Translations under genes and position numbers: made by a program | Notes under the pieces: generated by a model | Seen by the model: only the letters and a program-made list of their open reading frames with translations | The model's database searches: none | Told to the model about the DNA's origin: nothing | Shown: positions 46,792 through 56,187 of the stretch, in pieces | How positions within the stretch are numbered: the first letter of the stretch is position 1 | How the letters are laid out: each line of letters begins with the position of its first letter | Virus record (IMG/VR): IMGVR_UViG_3300044724_009327 | Coordinates: 1 to 60,263 of that record | Length of the DNA: 60,263 nt | Direction: 5' to 3' (one strand) | Source of the DNA: a virus | Taxonomy: Duplodnaviria > Caudoviricetes

Positions 46792-47808
46792 ATGTCATAT
46801 ATCACAACTGATAATCTTACCAACATAATGGCCGAAATGACCGATTACTGCAATGCCGCTTGTCCTATGTGTAACAGGTTTGATTGGGATTTAAATTTAG
46901 TAAAGGGATCTACAAACACCCAACACACAACATTAGAATTTGTAAAACAACGGATAGGAGAAGAAATAATATCTAGACTGAAAGGATGGGAATGCCAAGG
47001 CACCTACGGAGATGCATCAATGAACCCAGAAACTATTGACATATTTCAATATCTCCGAGAGATAAATCCTAACTTGCGTATTTCAATGTTCACAAATGGT
47101 GGAGCAAGGACAACGGAATTTTGGAAGTCCCTCGCCGTACTTGATGTGAAAGTCACGTTTGGTATAGACGGACTAGAAGACACCAACCACTTATATCGTA
47201 GAAACGTCAAATGGCAACACTTAATGGACAATGTTCGAACCTTCATTGGCAATGGTGGTAATGCTAGATGGGATATGCTAATTTTCAAACACAATCAGCA
47301 CCAAGTAGATGATTGTGAAAAATTAAGTAATGAGATGGGATTTGATTTTTTTAAATCTTCTTTCAGTGAACGCTGGGAAGATTTCAATAGTAAGGGAGAG
47401 TACAGAAATATCACATCACTTCAAGTGGACGACTATGTAATTGAAAAACCATCAGACCAAGGAAAAGATTTCATGAAAAATGACGTATGGCTTAAAAATA
47501 AAAACGTCTTTGTTGAAAAACAATCCGATGAGGCCTTCTTTTCAAGAAAAATTAATTGCCTTTCATGCCAACCACACAAACGTGAAATTTACATACGGGC
47601 AAATGGAGATGTCAGTCCTTGTTGTATATTAGGAGACGTGAAGAGGAATGAACCCAAACAGATAATCACAGATTATAAAAAAATAAATTTACATCACACA
47701 TCACTTAAAACTATACTAGATGGAGAATTCTTCAAAGATCTTGCCAGCGGTATTGCGGGCGGAGAGAAAAGATTACAAGGGTGTTACTACGCCTGTGGGG
47801 AGAAATAG
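46792..47808 (+). CDS. Radical SAM protein with C-terminal twitch/SPASM-like domain
   Basis: CNAACPMC; C-terminal GDVSPCC..CxxxC. Confidence 0.87.
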   Translation: MSYITTDNLTNIMAEMTDYCNAACPMCNRFDWDLNLVKGSTNTQHTTLEFVKQRIGEEIISRLKGWECQGTYGDASMNPETIDIFQYLREINPNLRISMFTNGGARTTEFWKSLAVLDVKVTFGIDGLEDTNHLYRRNVKWQHLMDNVRTFIGNGGNARWDMLIFKHNQHQVDDCEKLSNEMGFDFFKSSFSERWEDFNSKGEYRNITSLQVDDYVIEKPSDQGKDFMKNDVWLKNKNVFVEKQSDEAFFSRKINCLSCQPHKREIYIRANGDVSPCCILGDVKRNEPKQIITDYKKINLHHTSLKTILDGEFFKDLASGIAGGEKRLQGCYYACGEK

Positions 47809-48996
47809 ATGCCATCAACCAAATGTAAATTAGCCAAACTCGCACTTAACTTCGACATGAGTGGGATGGTACAACCCTGTAACCTAACCACTTGGTATCT
47901 TAAGGATCTCAAAGACAAAAGACAATATAATGTCCTCACAGACGATGTCAAAACCATATGGCAAAGTGAACATCGTAAGCAATTATTAAACGACCATGAC
48001 AACGGCGTCAGGAATCCCACTTGCAACACCTGTTGGCACGCTGAAGACTCTGGAATTGAATCGTTTAGGCAACGTTTCAATCAACAACTCAAGGATGTGG
48101 AGGTGCTGGAATCACAACCGAGGATCATGGTGGTCAAACCCGGCAACCTGTGCAACAATGCCTGCAGGAGTTGTAACGCCCACACCAGCAGTATGTGGTA
48201 CAAGACCGATTATGCGTTGGACAATCAAGGAAAGTCATTCAAGGAATATCTTAAGTTCTTTGACCGACACAAGACAGCATACTCCAACAACGAACTGTTA
48301 GAAAAGCGATGGGCAGAATGGGAAGACAACATAATCTTCTGGGACATGTACGGCGGTGAGCCTATGATAATACCTTTATTCTGGAAAACACTAGAACAGG
48401 CATTGGCAAGTGCGACAGTTAAAGAAAAAATGTTTAATGTCCATACCAATGGAATGGTTTACAAGGAAGACCTAGTTGAAAATTTAAGCAAGTTCAAGAG
48501 TGCTCAAATAGGATTCAGCGTTGATGCCATTGGTAAAAAAAACGATTACATACGTTATGGTAGCAAATGGGAGGACATCATTGGAAATCTAAAAAAATAC
48601 ATGGCAGACTGTGAGAAATATGATAACGTGTCAATCAGTGTAAGGACCACCTACACCCCGTGGAACATCTTCTACTACGATGAAATTTATGATTATTTTC
48701 AAAAAAAACTTGGAATATCTGCTTCGGGTGTTTGGTGTGATGATAAGCCATGGAATGACTTAAGGTACATTCCTAGAAAGGTTAAAGATTCAATCATAAA
48801 AAAGTTATCTAAATATCAAAACGATGATGAGGTGTGGAATAAAAAATTTAGCGAATTGAAAAAATGGTTGCCTACAGAACCCAGGAATTACGACGAACTG
48901 CAGAATTCTTTTTTGGAGTTTAACAAAAAAATAGATCACATAAGGAAGGAAAAGTTCGAGGAAGTTTTCCCAGAATACTCTAAACTTTTTGCATAG
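47809..48996 (+). CDS. Radical SAM protein with N-terminal Cys-rich domain
   Basis: CNNACRSC, GGEP. Confidence 0.87.
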   Translation: MPSTKCKLAKLALNFDMSGMVQPCNLTTWYLKDLKDKRQYNVLTDDVKTIWQSEHRKQLLNDHDNGVRNPTCNTCWHAEDSGIESFRQRFNQQLKDVEVLESQPRIMVVKPGNLCNNACRSCNAHTSSMWYKTDYALDNQGKSFKEYLKFFDRHKTAYSNNELLEKRWAEWEDNIIFWDMYGGEPMIIPLFWKTLEQALASATVKEKMFNVHTNGMVYKEDLVENLSKFKSAQIGFSVDAIGKKNDYIRYGSKWEDIIGNLKKYMADCEKYDNVSISVRTTYTPWNIFYYDEIYDYFQKKLGISASGVWCDDKPWNDLRYIPRKVKDSIIKKLSKYQNDDEVWNKKFSELKKWLPTEPRNYDELQNSFLEFNKKIDHIRKEKFEEVFPEYSKLFA

Positions 48997-48998
48997 AC

Positions 48999-50297
48999 AT
49001 GGGCATATCAAAACAACCACCAAAACCTTTCCCCATAAAAAATGGACTACCTTGCCAGTTAAAATGGACACACAGCACAGTCTATCTGACAGAAGGAGTA
49101 TCTGCGAGTTGTCATAGAGTAATGGGAGATCCATTGGAAGTGCGAGACGGAGAACTTAACTTCCACAACATACCTGCCAAACTGGAGGCGAGGAGAAAAA
49201 TGTTGCGTGGTGAGTGGCCCGGTCGAGGGTGTGAACACTGCAAACACATAGAAGAAGCAGGTGGTAAATCAGACAGGCAAGTGCATTTAAATTTAGAAGG
49301 CACAACGGCACCCCCGGAACTAGACACAGACCTAACAGCAGTTGATGTCACTCCGAGACAGTTGGAAGTGTATTGGGGCAACACCTGTCAACAGGCTTGT
49401 ATATATTGTGGTGCTCATTACAGTTCGACCATACAGCAGGAAGAGAAAAGATTTGGTCGTTTTGAAAAGGAAGGCGTGCGTATTCAGGATTGGTGGAAGA
49501 AAAATCCTAAGATAGAGGAACACACAGAACTATTATTCAAATGGTTTGAAAATCATTTACACAAACTACACAAGATACTTGTCATGGGCGGAGAACCGTT
49601 CCTACAGAAAGAAACATTTAGATTTATAGAATTTTTAGAAAAAGGATCATATCCAGATCTTACATTAGTATTCTTCAGCAACCACAACATAGAACATGAA
49701 CGATTCAAGACATGGATGGATAGATTAAACGTCTTACAGAAGTCTGGCAGGCTAGACAAGATACAGATATTTTTCAGTTGTGATGCACTGGGACCTGAGG
49801 GCGAGTATGTGCGTACCGGGTTGGATTTAAATGTGGCAATTAAGAACTTCGAATACATTTTACACAACACATCATTCGATCAAGGAATAAACAGTGCGTT
49901 GACTGTTACAGCAGTGCCGGGTATGCCTGCCATGGTCAAATACATAAACGAATGTAACAAAATCAAACCTATCTACTGGAGCATGATGAAAGCCAATCAA
50001 CATGAAATAGGTCCTAGGGAATACATGTACCCGGGAATATTTGGCAAGAAGATAAACGATTGGGGACTGCGTGAAGCAGTTGAATCTTTTGATACAACCT
50101 CCCATGGAAACCCTGATTCTGTCAAAGAGTCTTATAAAACTTATATGCAAGGAATCATGACAGAGTTTGATAAGAGAGAACCAAGTGTACTTAGACAAAA
50201 ACAATTGAAAATATATCTAAACGAATTGGATCGTAGACGTGACACCGATTGGAAATCAGTATATCCTCAAATTTGGGAACAAGTAAAAAATCTTTAA
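48999..50297 (+). CDS. Radical SAM protein with N-terminal Cys-rich domain
   Basis: CQQACIYC, GGEP, SCHR..CEHC. Confidence 0.87.
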   Translation: MGISKQPPKPFPIKNGLPCQLKWTHSTVYLTEGVSASCHRVMGDPLEVRDGELNFHNIPAKLEARRKMLRGEWPGRGCEHCKHIEEAGGKSDRQVHLNLEGTTAPPELDTDLTAVDVTPRQLEVYWGNTCQQACIYCGAHYSSTIQQEEKRFGRFEKEGVRIQDWWKKNPKIEEHTELLFKWFENHLHKLHKILVMGGEPFLQKETFRFIEFLEKGSYPDLTLVFFSNHNIEHERFKTWMDRLNVLQKSGRLDKIQIFFSCDALGPEGEYVRTGLDLNVAIKNFEYILHNTSFDQGINSALTVTAVPGMPAMVKYINECNKIKPIYWSMMKANQHEIGPREYMYPGIFGKKINDWGLREAVESFDTTSHGNPDSVKESYKTYMQGIMTEFDKREPSVLRQKQLKIYLNELDRRRDTDWKSVYPQIWEQVKNL

Positions 50298-50654
50298 TTA
50301 TTTTCTTCTGTTCATGGCAGACTTGGCCATCTTCTTGACAACATCTGTACTACCTTGATCATCGTAGTCCATGGCAGGATCTTTCTCTGCCTCGGCATCT
50401 GTTTTGACAACAATCTTCTCGTTGTCGAAGTCTGCTACCACGTTCTTTAGATCACCGTCCGCATCATAGATCCTCTTGAACACATCGTAGTTGAATGCTG
50501 GATAACCTGTGTTGCTCATTATCTGTTTGACTGCGTCCATGCTGATGTCTGTTGGTTGGTCCCTCTCGTCGGCGTCGCCCTTCATGTTCAACAGGATGTT
50601 GATCAGTGCTGACTCTAGGTCTGTGTCGCTTTTGTTGAATTCGAAAAATCTCAC
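50298..50654 (-). CDS. Hypothetical late protein
   Basis: GTG start MRFFEF; follows acidic late gene. Confidence 0.6.
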   Translation of the reverse strand: MRFFEFNKSDTDLESALINILLNMKGDADERDQPTDISMDAVKQIMSNTGYPAFNYDVFKRIYDADGDLKNVVADFDNEKIVVKTDAEAEKDPAMDYDDQGSTDVVKKMAKSAMNRRK

Positions 50655-50658
50655 AGGA

Positions 50659-51624
50659 TTACTTCCCTGCTAGTTTGCTGTACAGTCTGTTTGAAGTTTC
50701 AAAAACTTCTTTGGATTCTCTTTGCTCTCTGCCTTCAGGTTCTGTTCCACCCGCTTCAGCGTCAGAGGCGCCAAACTCATCTGTCTCTAGGTCATCGCTA
50801 CCTAAGTCATCTAAGTTTGCGTCTGTGTTGTCCATGTCCATCGTGTCATCGGCGCCCATGGGGTCTGAAACCTCTTCTTCTCCGGTCAATATTCTTACAC
50901 CGTTGTCTAGCTCTTGTCTAGTTGTCGTCAAAGTGGCTTCCGCCTGTTCAATCGCTGGTTGGATTTTTTGTAGGAATGCGTCTGATTTATCAGCACCCAT
51001 CTCGTCTCTGATTCTGTCTGCAAGTTCTAACATGCCTTCTGTCTTCATTGATGCTAGATCTTCTAGGAACGATGTTACTTTGTCCATCATGTCCTTGGCC
51101 GCTAAAATTAATTCTGATTGTTCTTCAACACCTTCTTTCATACCTAGTTTGTCCATTGCTCTATTGGCAACTGCTGTACCGGCCGCGGCACCTGCCGACT
51201 TCGCCGCTACTCTTCCTAGTGCCATTAATGGTGCTACTTCGTTTGTCTTACTTGCCATTAGTTTGGAAGCCGCTTCTCTTTCGTCTGGACTCAATGCCTG
51301 TCCTTTTTTAAGTTTGTCTTTGATTGGTGCTGTTGCTTTATCAAGCACAGGATTGTTGCCGTACTCAGCAAGTTTTTTTTCTGTGATCGCTTGGTTTATG
51401 ATGTCCAACATCATTTGATTCTTTTGATATGAATCATCTTTTAATTCTTGTCCGAAGTGTGTGTTTTGTGTGATCTCGTGGATTTTCGTTCTCACGTGAT
51501 TCGCTGTGTCTTCTAACTCTTCTTTAGTGAACTTTGAAAGATCCATTGTTTGGTTGAATCTTGATTCGAATTCTGATAATAAACTCTCAGTTGTAACTGG
51601 TTTTGTAAGGTCTAAGCTCTGCAT
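50659..51624 (-). CDS. Acidic late protein (possible head core/scaffold-like)
   Basis: TATAAATA 5 nt before ATG; E/D-rich helical. Confidence 0.55.
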   Translation of the reverse strand: MQSLDLTKPVTTESLLSEFESRFNQTMDLSKFTKEELEDTANHVRTKIHEITQNTHFGQELKDDSYQKNQMMLDIINQAITEKKLAEYGNNPVLDKATAPIKDKLKKGQALSPDEREAASKLMASKTNEVAPLMALGRVAAKSAGAAAGTAVANRAMDKLGMKEGVEEQSELILAAKDMMDKVTSFLEDLASMKTEGMLELADRIRDEMGADKSDAFLQKIQPAIEQAEATLTTTRQELDNGVRILTGEEEVSDPMGADDTMDMDNTDANLDDLGSDDLETDEFGASDAEAGGTEPEGREQRESKEVFETSNRLYSKLAGK

Positions 51625-51639
51625 ACTGTTATTTATATT

Positions 51640-52143
51640 CTATGCTCCGAACGTGTCACTAAAGATCTGTTGTATCCGGCCTTTGCATTCGTCCGCTAGG
51701 TGGTTTGCGGCATCAAGTCTGTCCCAATAAACGTCCTCCATCTGATCATCCTTGCCCTTCTGTGCTTCTTTGATCATGCGTTTGGCATTCTGTATGTCAA
51801 ACAGTTGTGAGGCAAATTTAGTGTCTAGATCTAAGAGGGTGGAGGGCACGTTCTTGCCATCCGCCAAGTGGTGTGCCACCAGTATCGCAGTCTGTTTAAG
51901 ATTTATGTCGTCGTGTATCACCACTGCTTCCAGCATGTCCGCTATCACATACACGTACCTAGTGCCGGACCACTTCTTTGGTACGATTGCTATGTTGCCT
52001 ATCAGGATGCCTTTGGAGAACTGTTTGGGTAAGTGTCGGAATGGCCTGCGTGCCTGTTCCTTGTGCACCAGGTCCGCAAATTTATCCTTGAGACCATAGG
52101 CCTCTATCTGCTTTACCAGTTCTGATTTATTTTTTCTTTTCAC
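51640..52143 (-). CDS. Hypothetical protein
   Basis: Operon packing. Confidence 0.6.
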   Translation of the reverse strand: MKRKNKSELVKQIEAYGLKDKFADLVHKEQARRPFRHLPKQFSKGILIGNIAIVPKKWSGTRYVYVIADMLEAVVIHDDINLKQTAILVAHHLADGKNVPSTLLDLDTKFASQLFDIQNAKRMIKEAQKGKDDQMEDVYWDRLDAANHLADECKGRIQQIFSDTFGA

Positions 52144-52360
52144 TCCGAATCATCCTTATCTTTCTATTTAAAGCATATTGGATGTCGGTGTCAAGTTTCT
52201 TCCTTACGAAGATGGCCTTGTCTGCCAACTTCTTGACTCTGTCTTGATCCTCCACTGACAGTGAATTGCCACGGAATGATTCCTTCCAGTGTGACTGGAT
52301 GAATAACATGTCATCGTCGGTCACATAAACTTTGACTCTAGGTGCTATCTGTATGAACAT
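52127..52360 (-). CDS. Hypothetical protein
   Basis: Operon packing. Confidence 0.6.
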   Translation of the reverse strand: MFIQIAPRVKVYVTDDDMLFIQSHWKESFRGNSLSVEDQDRVKKLADKAIFVRKKLDTDIQYALNRKIRMIRSEKKK

Positions 52361-52374
52361 TTATTGGTAATATA

Positions 52375-52611
52375 TTAACTGGGCATCTTCATCAAGATAA
52401 CCACCACTGTTGACAACAGTCCTGCCACTACTGTGCCGGCTGTTGCTATGATAGTTTTTGATGAGCTCTTTTGTCCAGCGATCATGTCTTCATTCATTTT
52501 GCCTAGTCGTAATTCGATCGCCGAAAGCCTGTCGTGTAGGCCTTTGTATCTCTCAGAGCACAGGTCAACGTGTGCTTCTAAATTCTGTTTTTCTAAATCT
52601 GTTGTACTCAT
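52375..52611 (-). CDS. Small coiled-coil protein with C-terminal TM helix
   Basis: LEAHVDLCSERY..., hydrophobic C-terminus; start could be 52689. Confidence 0.6.
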   Translation of the reverse strand: MSTTDLEKQNLEAHVDLCSERYKGLHDRLSAIELRLGKMNEDMIAGQKSSSKTIIATAGTVVAGLLSTVVVILMKMPS

Positions 52612-52665
52612 TAATGTTATATATTCTTTTAGTTCCTGTTTGATCTCTCTGATCTCTTGACTTAT

Positions 52666-52732
52666 AGCCTGAAACTGTGCCTGAAACATTGCCTAAATGA
52701 GCCTTTAAAAGTTTTTATTTTGTGCCTAAACT
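52666..52732 (-). repeat. Array of five AGGC-core motifs
   Basis: Plus-strand GCCT at 52667, 52679, 52691, 52701, 52724; four are preceded on the minus strand by TTT(C). Confidence 0.5.
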
Positions 52733-52738
52733 GTACTG

Positions 52739-53212
52739 TTATTTATCTGTGGGTCCAGCGTACGAAAAGTACGTGTTTATAGTCTGCGAATTCAGTGTGT
52801 CAAACGTGCTGTTTGGAAACGTCACTGTCTCCTTGCAGAAACTCAACACAGGAACCTGATGGAAATCCTGCCCCAATAACGATGTTGGCTCCCTCACATC
52901 ACCGTACACCCCAGACTGCTCAACAAAGAACTGGAAGTTCCATGTGTTCTGTTTGCCCTCATAGAAATCTCCAAAACAATGATTTGCCAGGTTTGGCATT
53001 TCCATCTTCGTGGGAGGGGTCTCCCAGGTTATGTTACCCCTCAACTGGAGCAGTTGTACTACCGTGTCGAAGTTTGAATTCTGATTGCGTGCCATGGCCA
53101 GACTGTCTCTGTCATGTATCAGATCCCCTGACAGTGTCTTGAATGGAAACTGCTTTTTGAGATTACCGTTGTTGGTAATGTCTACCAGTGTGTGGATGTG
53201 ATACTCGTGCAT
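52739..53212 (-). CDS. Hypothetical late protein
   Basis: TLVDIT..QNSNFDTVVQLLQLR; TAAATA 5 nt before ATG. Confidence 0.65.
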   Translation of the reverse strand: MHEYHIHTLVDITNNGNLKKQFPFKTLSGDLIHDRDSLAMARNQNSNFDTVVQLLQLRGNITWETPPTKMEMPNLANHCFGDFYEGKQNTWNFQFFVEQSGVYGDVREPTSLLGQDFHQVPVLSFCKETVTFPNSTFDTLNSQTINTYFSYAGPTDK

Positions 53213-53229
53213 GGGAATATTTAAGTCGT

Positions 53230-53264
53230 AAAAAAAGGGTGAGCAAATTAATGCCCACCCTTTT
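53230..53264 (-). terminator. Intrinsic terminator
   Basis: GGGTGGGCA/TGCTCACCC hairpin followed by T7. Confidence 0.8.
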
Positions 53265-53291
53265 AAATGTAGTTAAAACTAACTTACCTTA

Positions 53292-53639
53292 TTACGGATG
53301 TGCAATAAAGTCTGCTAGGATTGACATAGTTACACCAGTTGAACCTGTACCAAAGTCTGATGCCGCCGTAGCCGCGCCAGTTCCTTGGATTGCAACTTGA
53401 ACGTTGTCAGTAGTTCCACTTGTGAAAATACCTGACTCTGTAAGTGGAGCCACCGCCGCGATTGTGTGTGCGTCGTTAGTTCCAGCAACATCACCCGCCA
53501 TTAAGTATTCTAATGCCGCGTTTAGTTCAGTTTCTGTCATGTTTGATTTCGCTAGGTTTAAAACTCTTGTTCTAATACCTAGACCATTTGAAGTTCCGGC
53601 TAATCCACCGTTACCTTGTGCTATTCCTGCCTGTGCCAT
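53292..53639 (-). CDS. Small Ala/Gly/Thr-rich virion protein
   Basis: TATAAATA at 53703-53710, 5' hairpin, AGGAGG SD, own terminator. Confidence 0.65.
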   Translation of the reverse strand: MAQAGIAQGNGGLAGTSNGLGIRTRVLNLAKSNMTETELNAALEYLMAGDVAGTNDAHTIAAVAPLTESGIFTSGTTDNVQVAIQGTGAATAASDFGTGSTGVTMSILADFIAHP

Positions 53640-53741
53640 TTTTAATCCTCCTTTTTATCTGATTTAAATGACTTTGATTCCGCTCAGGAATCAAGTTGCA
53701 AGTATTTATAAATTAAATTGGTAAATTATGCTGTAATATTA

Positions 53742-54467
53742 CTATTTTGACTGCAAAATGTAATCTGTGTGTATATTATTGCTTCTATGCTTGAATATCT
53801 CCGTGTATCCATGCTGTTTAAGGTAAGCCACGCCCTCGTGATTTATGCGTCCGGTGTTCATGATCAGTTCTTCTATGATTATGATTGGCTTGTATTCTTT
53901 AATAGTATTAATGGCACCCTCTAGTACTTCAAGTTCCATTCCATCGACATCAATCTTAATCAACCCAACATTTTTTAGATTAAAACTATCTAATGGCATT
54001 ATTGTATCAAACGTAGAGTCGTTTTTCATTCTCTGCCGATATGGGATATCAAAGACAGGGTTCCGGAAGTTGTTACGACCACTGCCTATTTCTTGTGCGT
54101 ACTCCCTGCCCAATGCAACTTTATAATGAGTGACTTTTTGAACATCAACATTCCTTGCAAAAAAAGAGGATTCTCGATAATCAAAACAGTACACATGATC
54201 GAAGGTCCAGGTCAAGTATCTTGAAAACTCTCCGTCCCTGGAGCCTACGTCTACTGCATTAATATTTGAAGAGATAGATTCTATTGCTTTGTTATAGAGT
54301 ATGAAATTAGAGTTATGCTCTGTGTGATCCAACCATTTGAATTCTTTACTCTGCCTTTCGAATACAAAGAACTCATGCTTCCTATGGTTTTGAAATTCTG
54401 CTACCTCTGAGGCAACAAACTGTGTTTGGCTTACTGTGTCAGGCAGTCCGGAACTATCTCCCGGCAT
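53742..54467 (-). CDS. FkbM-family methyltransferase
   Basis: VDVGSRDG, LDSF..IKIDVDGMELEVLEGA; probable start MPGD at 54467. Confidence 0.8.
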   Translation of the reverse strand: MPGDSSGLPDTVSQTQFVASEVAEFQNHRKHEFFVFERQSKEFKWLDHTEHNSNFILYNKAIESISSNINAVDVGSRDGEFSRYLTWTFDHVYCFDYRESSFFARNVDVQKVTHYKVALGREYAQEIGSGRNNFRNPVFDIPYRQRMKNDSTFDTIMPLDSFNLKNVGLIKIDVDGMELEVLEGAINTIKEYKPIIIIEELIMNTGRINHEGVAYLKQHGYTEIFKHRSNNIHTDYILQSK

Positions 54468-54567
54468 CACAGTCTTTGCAGATACAGTCAGGGCAGTCTC
54501 GGCATTCTGCACACGATTGTTTGCAGTGCTGTTCACAGCCACATTTTTCACATATGTATTTGATCAT
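54454..54567 (-). CDS. Metallothionein-like Cys-rich peptide (not in ORF track)
   Basis: MIKYICEKCGCEQHCKQSCAECRDCPDCICKDCDAGR; 10 Cys in 37 aa; TAATG coupling to upstream stop. Confidence 0.7.
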   Translation of the reverse strand: MIKYICEKCGCEQHCKQSCAECRDCPDCICKDCDAGR

Positions 54568-55130
54568 TATAACAACTCCTTAAATTTTCTTTGTATATCC
54601 GTGTTGGGCAACTTTGATTGTAACATTTGGTTGAGTTTCTTGTTCGTATCATTCCGTTGTTTTGAATTCAGTTTTACATAGTTGGCAACGGCTCTCCTCA
54701 CGTTACGATAGTTGGAATCATTCACATTCAATGCCCTCTCCAGTTGCGTGAGATTCCTGTAATGGTCTCCCCAAGTTCTCATGTATCTCCTTAGGGCCAT
54801 CACTGGGACAGGCTGTCTCTGCCTCATGGCCTGTGCTTGATTCTTGTTCTTCAGTTTCTTCGTGATGTCTGGATCTCCTGACACTATGGCCAGCATGTTG
54901 GCCAGGTCGTTGTTGATCATCCTCACTTGGTCGAACGTGCCTTTCGCCATGGTCTGGTCTGCGTATTTTTTGGTAAAGTCCTTTGTGTCTTTGAGTTGGC
55001 TCATCAAGGCCAGTGCTAGGAAACTGAGATATATCCTCTCCGTGACCTCCGGAAATGAATATCTGCTCAAATCACTATGCCTTCTTATAACCTTGCCCTC
55101 AGATACATACTTTAAAAATGGTGTTAACAT
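54567..55130 (-). CDS. Hypothetical late protein
   Basis: Start MLTPFLKYVSE 5 nt after TATAAATA (55136-55143). Confidence 0.65.
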   Translation of the reverse strand: MLTPFLKYVSEGKVIRRHSDLSRYSFPEVTERIYLSFLALALMSQLKDTKDFTKKYADQTMAKGTFDQVRMINNDLANMLAIVSGDPDITKKLKNKNQAQAMRQRQPVPVMALRRYMRTWGDHYRNLTQLERALNVNDSNYRNVRRAVANYVKLNSKQRNDTNKKLNQMLQSKLPNTDIQRKFKELL

Positions 55131-55149
55131 ATAGGTATTTATAGAGCAC

Positions 55150-56187
55150 ATGCAACGAAATTTTATTCTAACAGACGTGATGAAGACCGGCTACCACGTT
55201 GAGCTGGAACAGTTTATTAATATGAACACCCTGACGGAACAACAGTTTGATATGACCGGGGAGTATTACAGTCTACACAACTATGATCTCGACTCTTATG
55301 ATCGGAGGTTTGCGATAATTGATGTAAGGTATGCAAACGAAAGATTGAAAGACAACACCGAGTTCCATGCAGAATTGAAAAAACGTTGCGAACTACTGCA
55401 CAGCCAGGGATTTGTTTTCATAAAATCGAACCCATGGGAATCACTGGAGAACATAGAAAACACACCACAGCATCCGGAGATAGAAATAGAACACATCAAG
55501 TGGACAGGAGGGGTCAGTTGGTTTTGGTGTTACATGTACAACAAACACAAGGATAAAACTTTCAACTTTGACCACTCTGATAAAAAATACGATTTCTTGT
55601 ATCTCAACAAGATGCCCAGGGCACACAGAATAAAACTCTACAATAAATTGTTAGACAAAGGCATATTAGAAAACAGTTTGCACACCAAATGGCCAGACAG
55701 GAAACTGCCCACGGAATATGAGTTGCCATGGGCACAGGACTATCCACAGTACGGCATGGACCAAGACATATTTGAGAAGCCATACAACGACACTGCCTGT
55801 AGCATTGTTTCAGAGACCAACGACAACGATAACGATGTGTTCATGACCGAGAAGATATGGAAACCCATCATAGCACAACAGATATTTGTCGTGCATGGCA
55901 ACTATCTATACCTACAGAAGTTGAGGGAAATGGGATTCAAGACATACAACAACTACTTTGAAGAAGCCTATGACTTGGATAGAGATCCTGCTGTGCGGAT
56001 TAATACTATTGTTGATGTGTGTGATAGGTTGCGTGATGCTCCGTGGCAAGACATATACCTACAGAGTCAAGCACTAAGACAATACAATTTTGATAACTTT
56101 TTTAACAGAGAAAAATTAGGTGAGCAGGTTAATAAAACTTTGAATCTATTTCTTGAATTTGCTGACAGCAGTCAAGTTCCTTCTTGA
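55150..56187 (+). CDS. Putative glycosyltransferase (GT10-like C-terminus)
   Basis: IVSET..FMTEKIWKPI motif. Confidence 0.5.
   Translation: MQRNFILTDVMKTGYHVELEQFINMNTLTEQQFDMTGEYYSLHNYDLDSYDRRFAIIDVRYANERLKDNTEFHAELKKRCELLHSQGFVFIKSNPWESLENIENTPQHPEIEIEHIKWTGGVSWFWCYMYNKHKDKTFNFDHSDKKYDFLYLNKMPRAHRIKLYNKLLDKGILENSLHTKWPDRKLPTEYELPWAQDYPQYGMDQDIFEKPYNDTACSIVSETNDNDNDVFMTEKIWKPIIAQQIFVVHGNYLYLQKLREMGFKTYNNYFEEAYDLDRDPAVRINTIVDVCDRLRDAPWQDIYLQSQALRQYNFDNFFNREKLGEQVNKTLNLFLEFADSSQVPS

Noticed and set aside
54468-54551. N-terminal extension of the FkbM methyltransferase
   Set aside because: Better explained by the overlapping Cys-rich peptide in another frame
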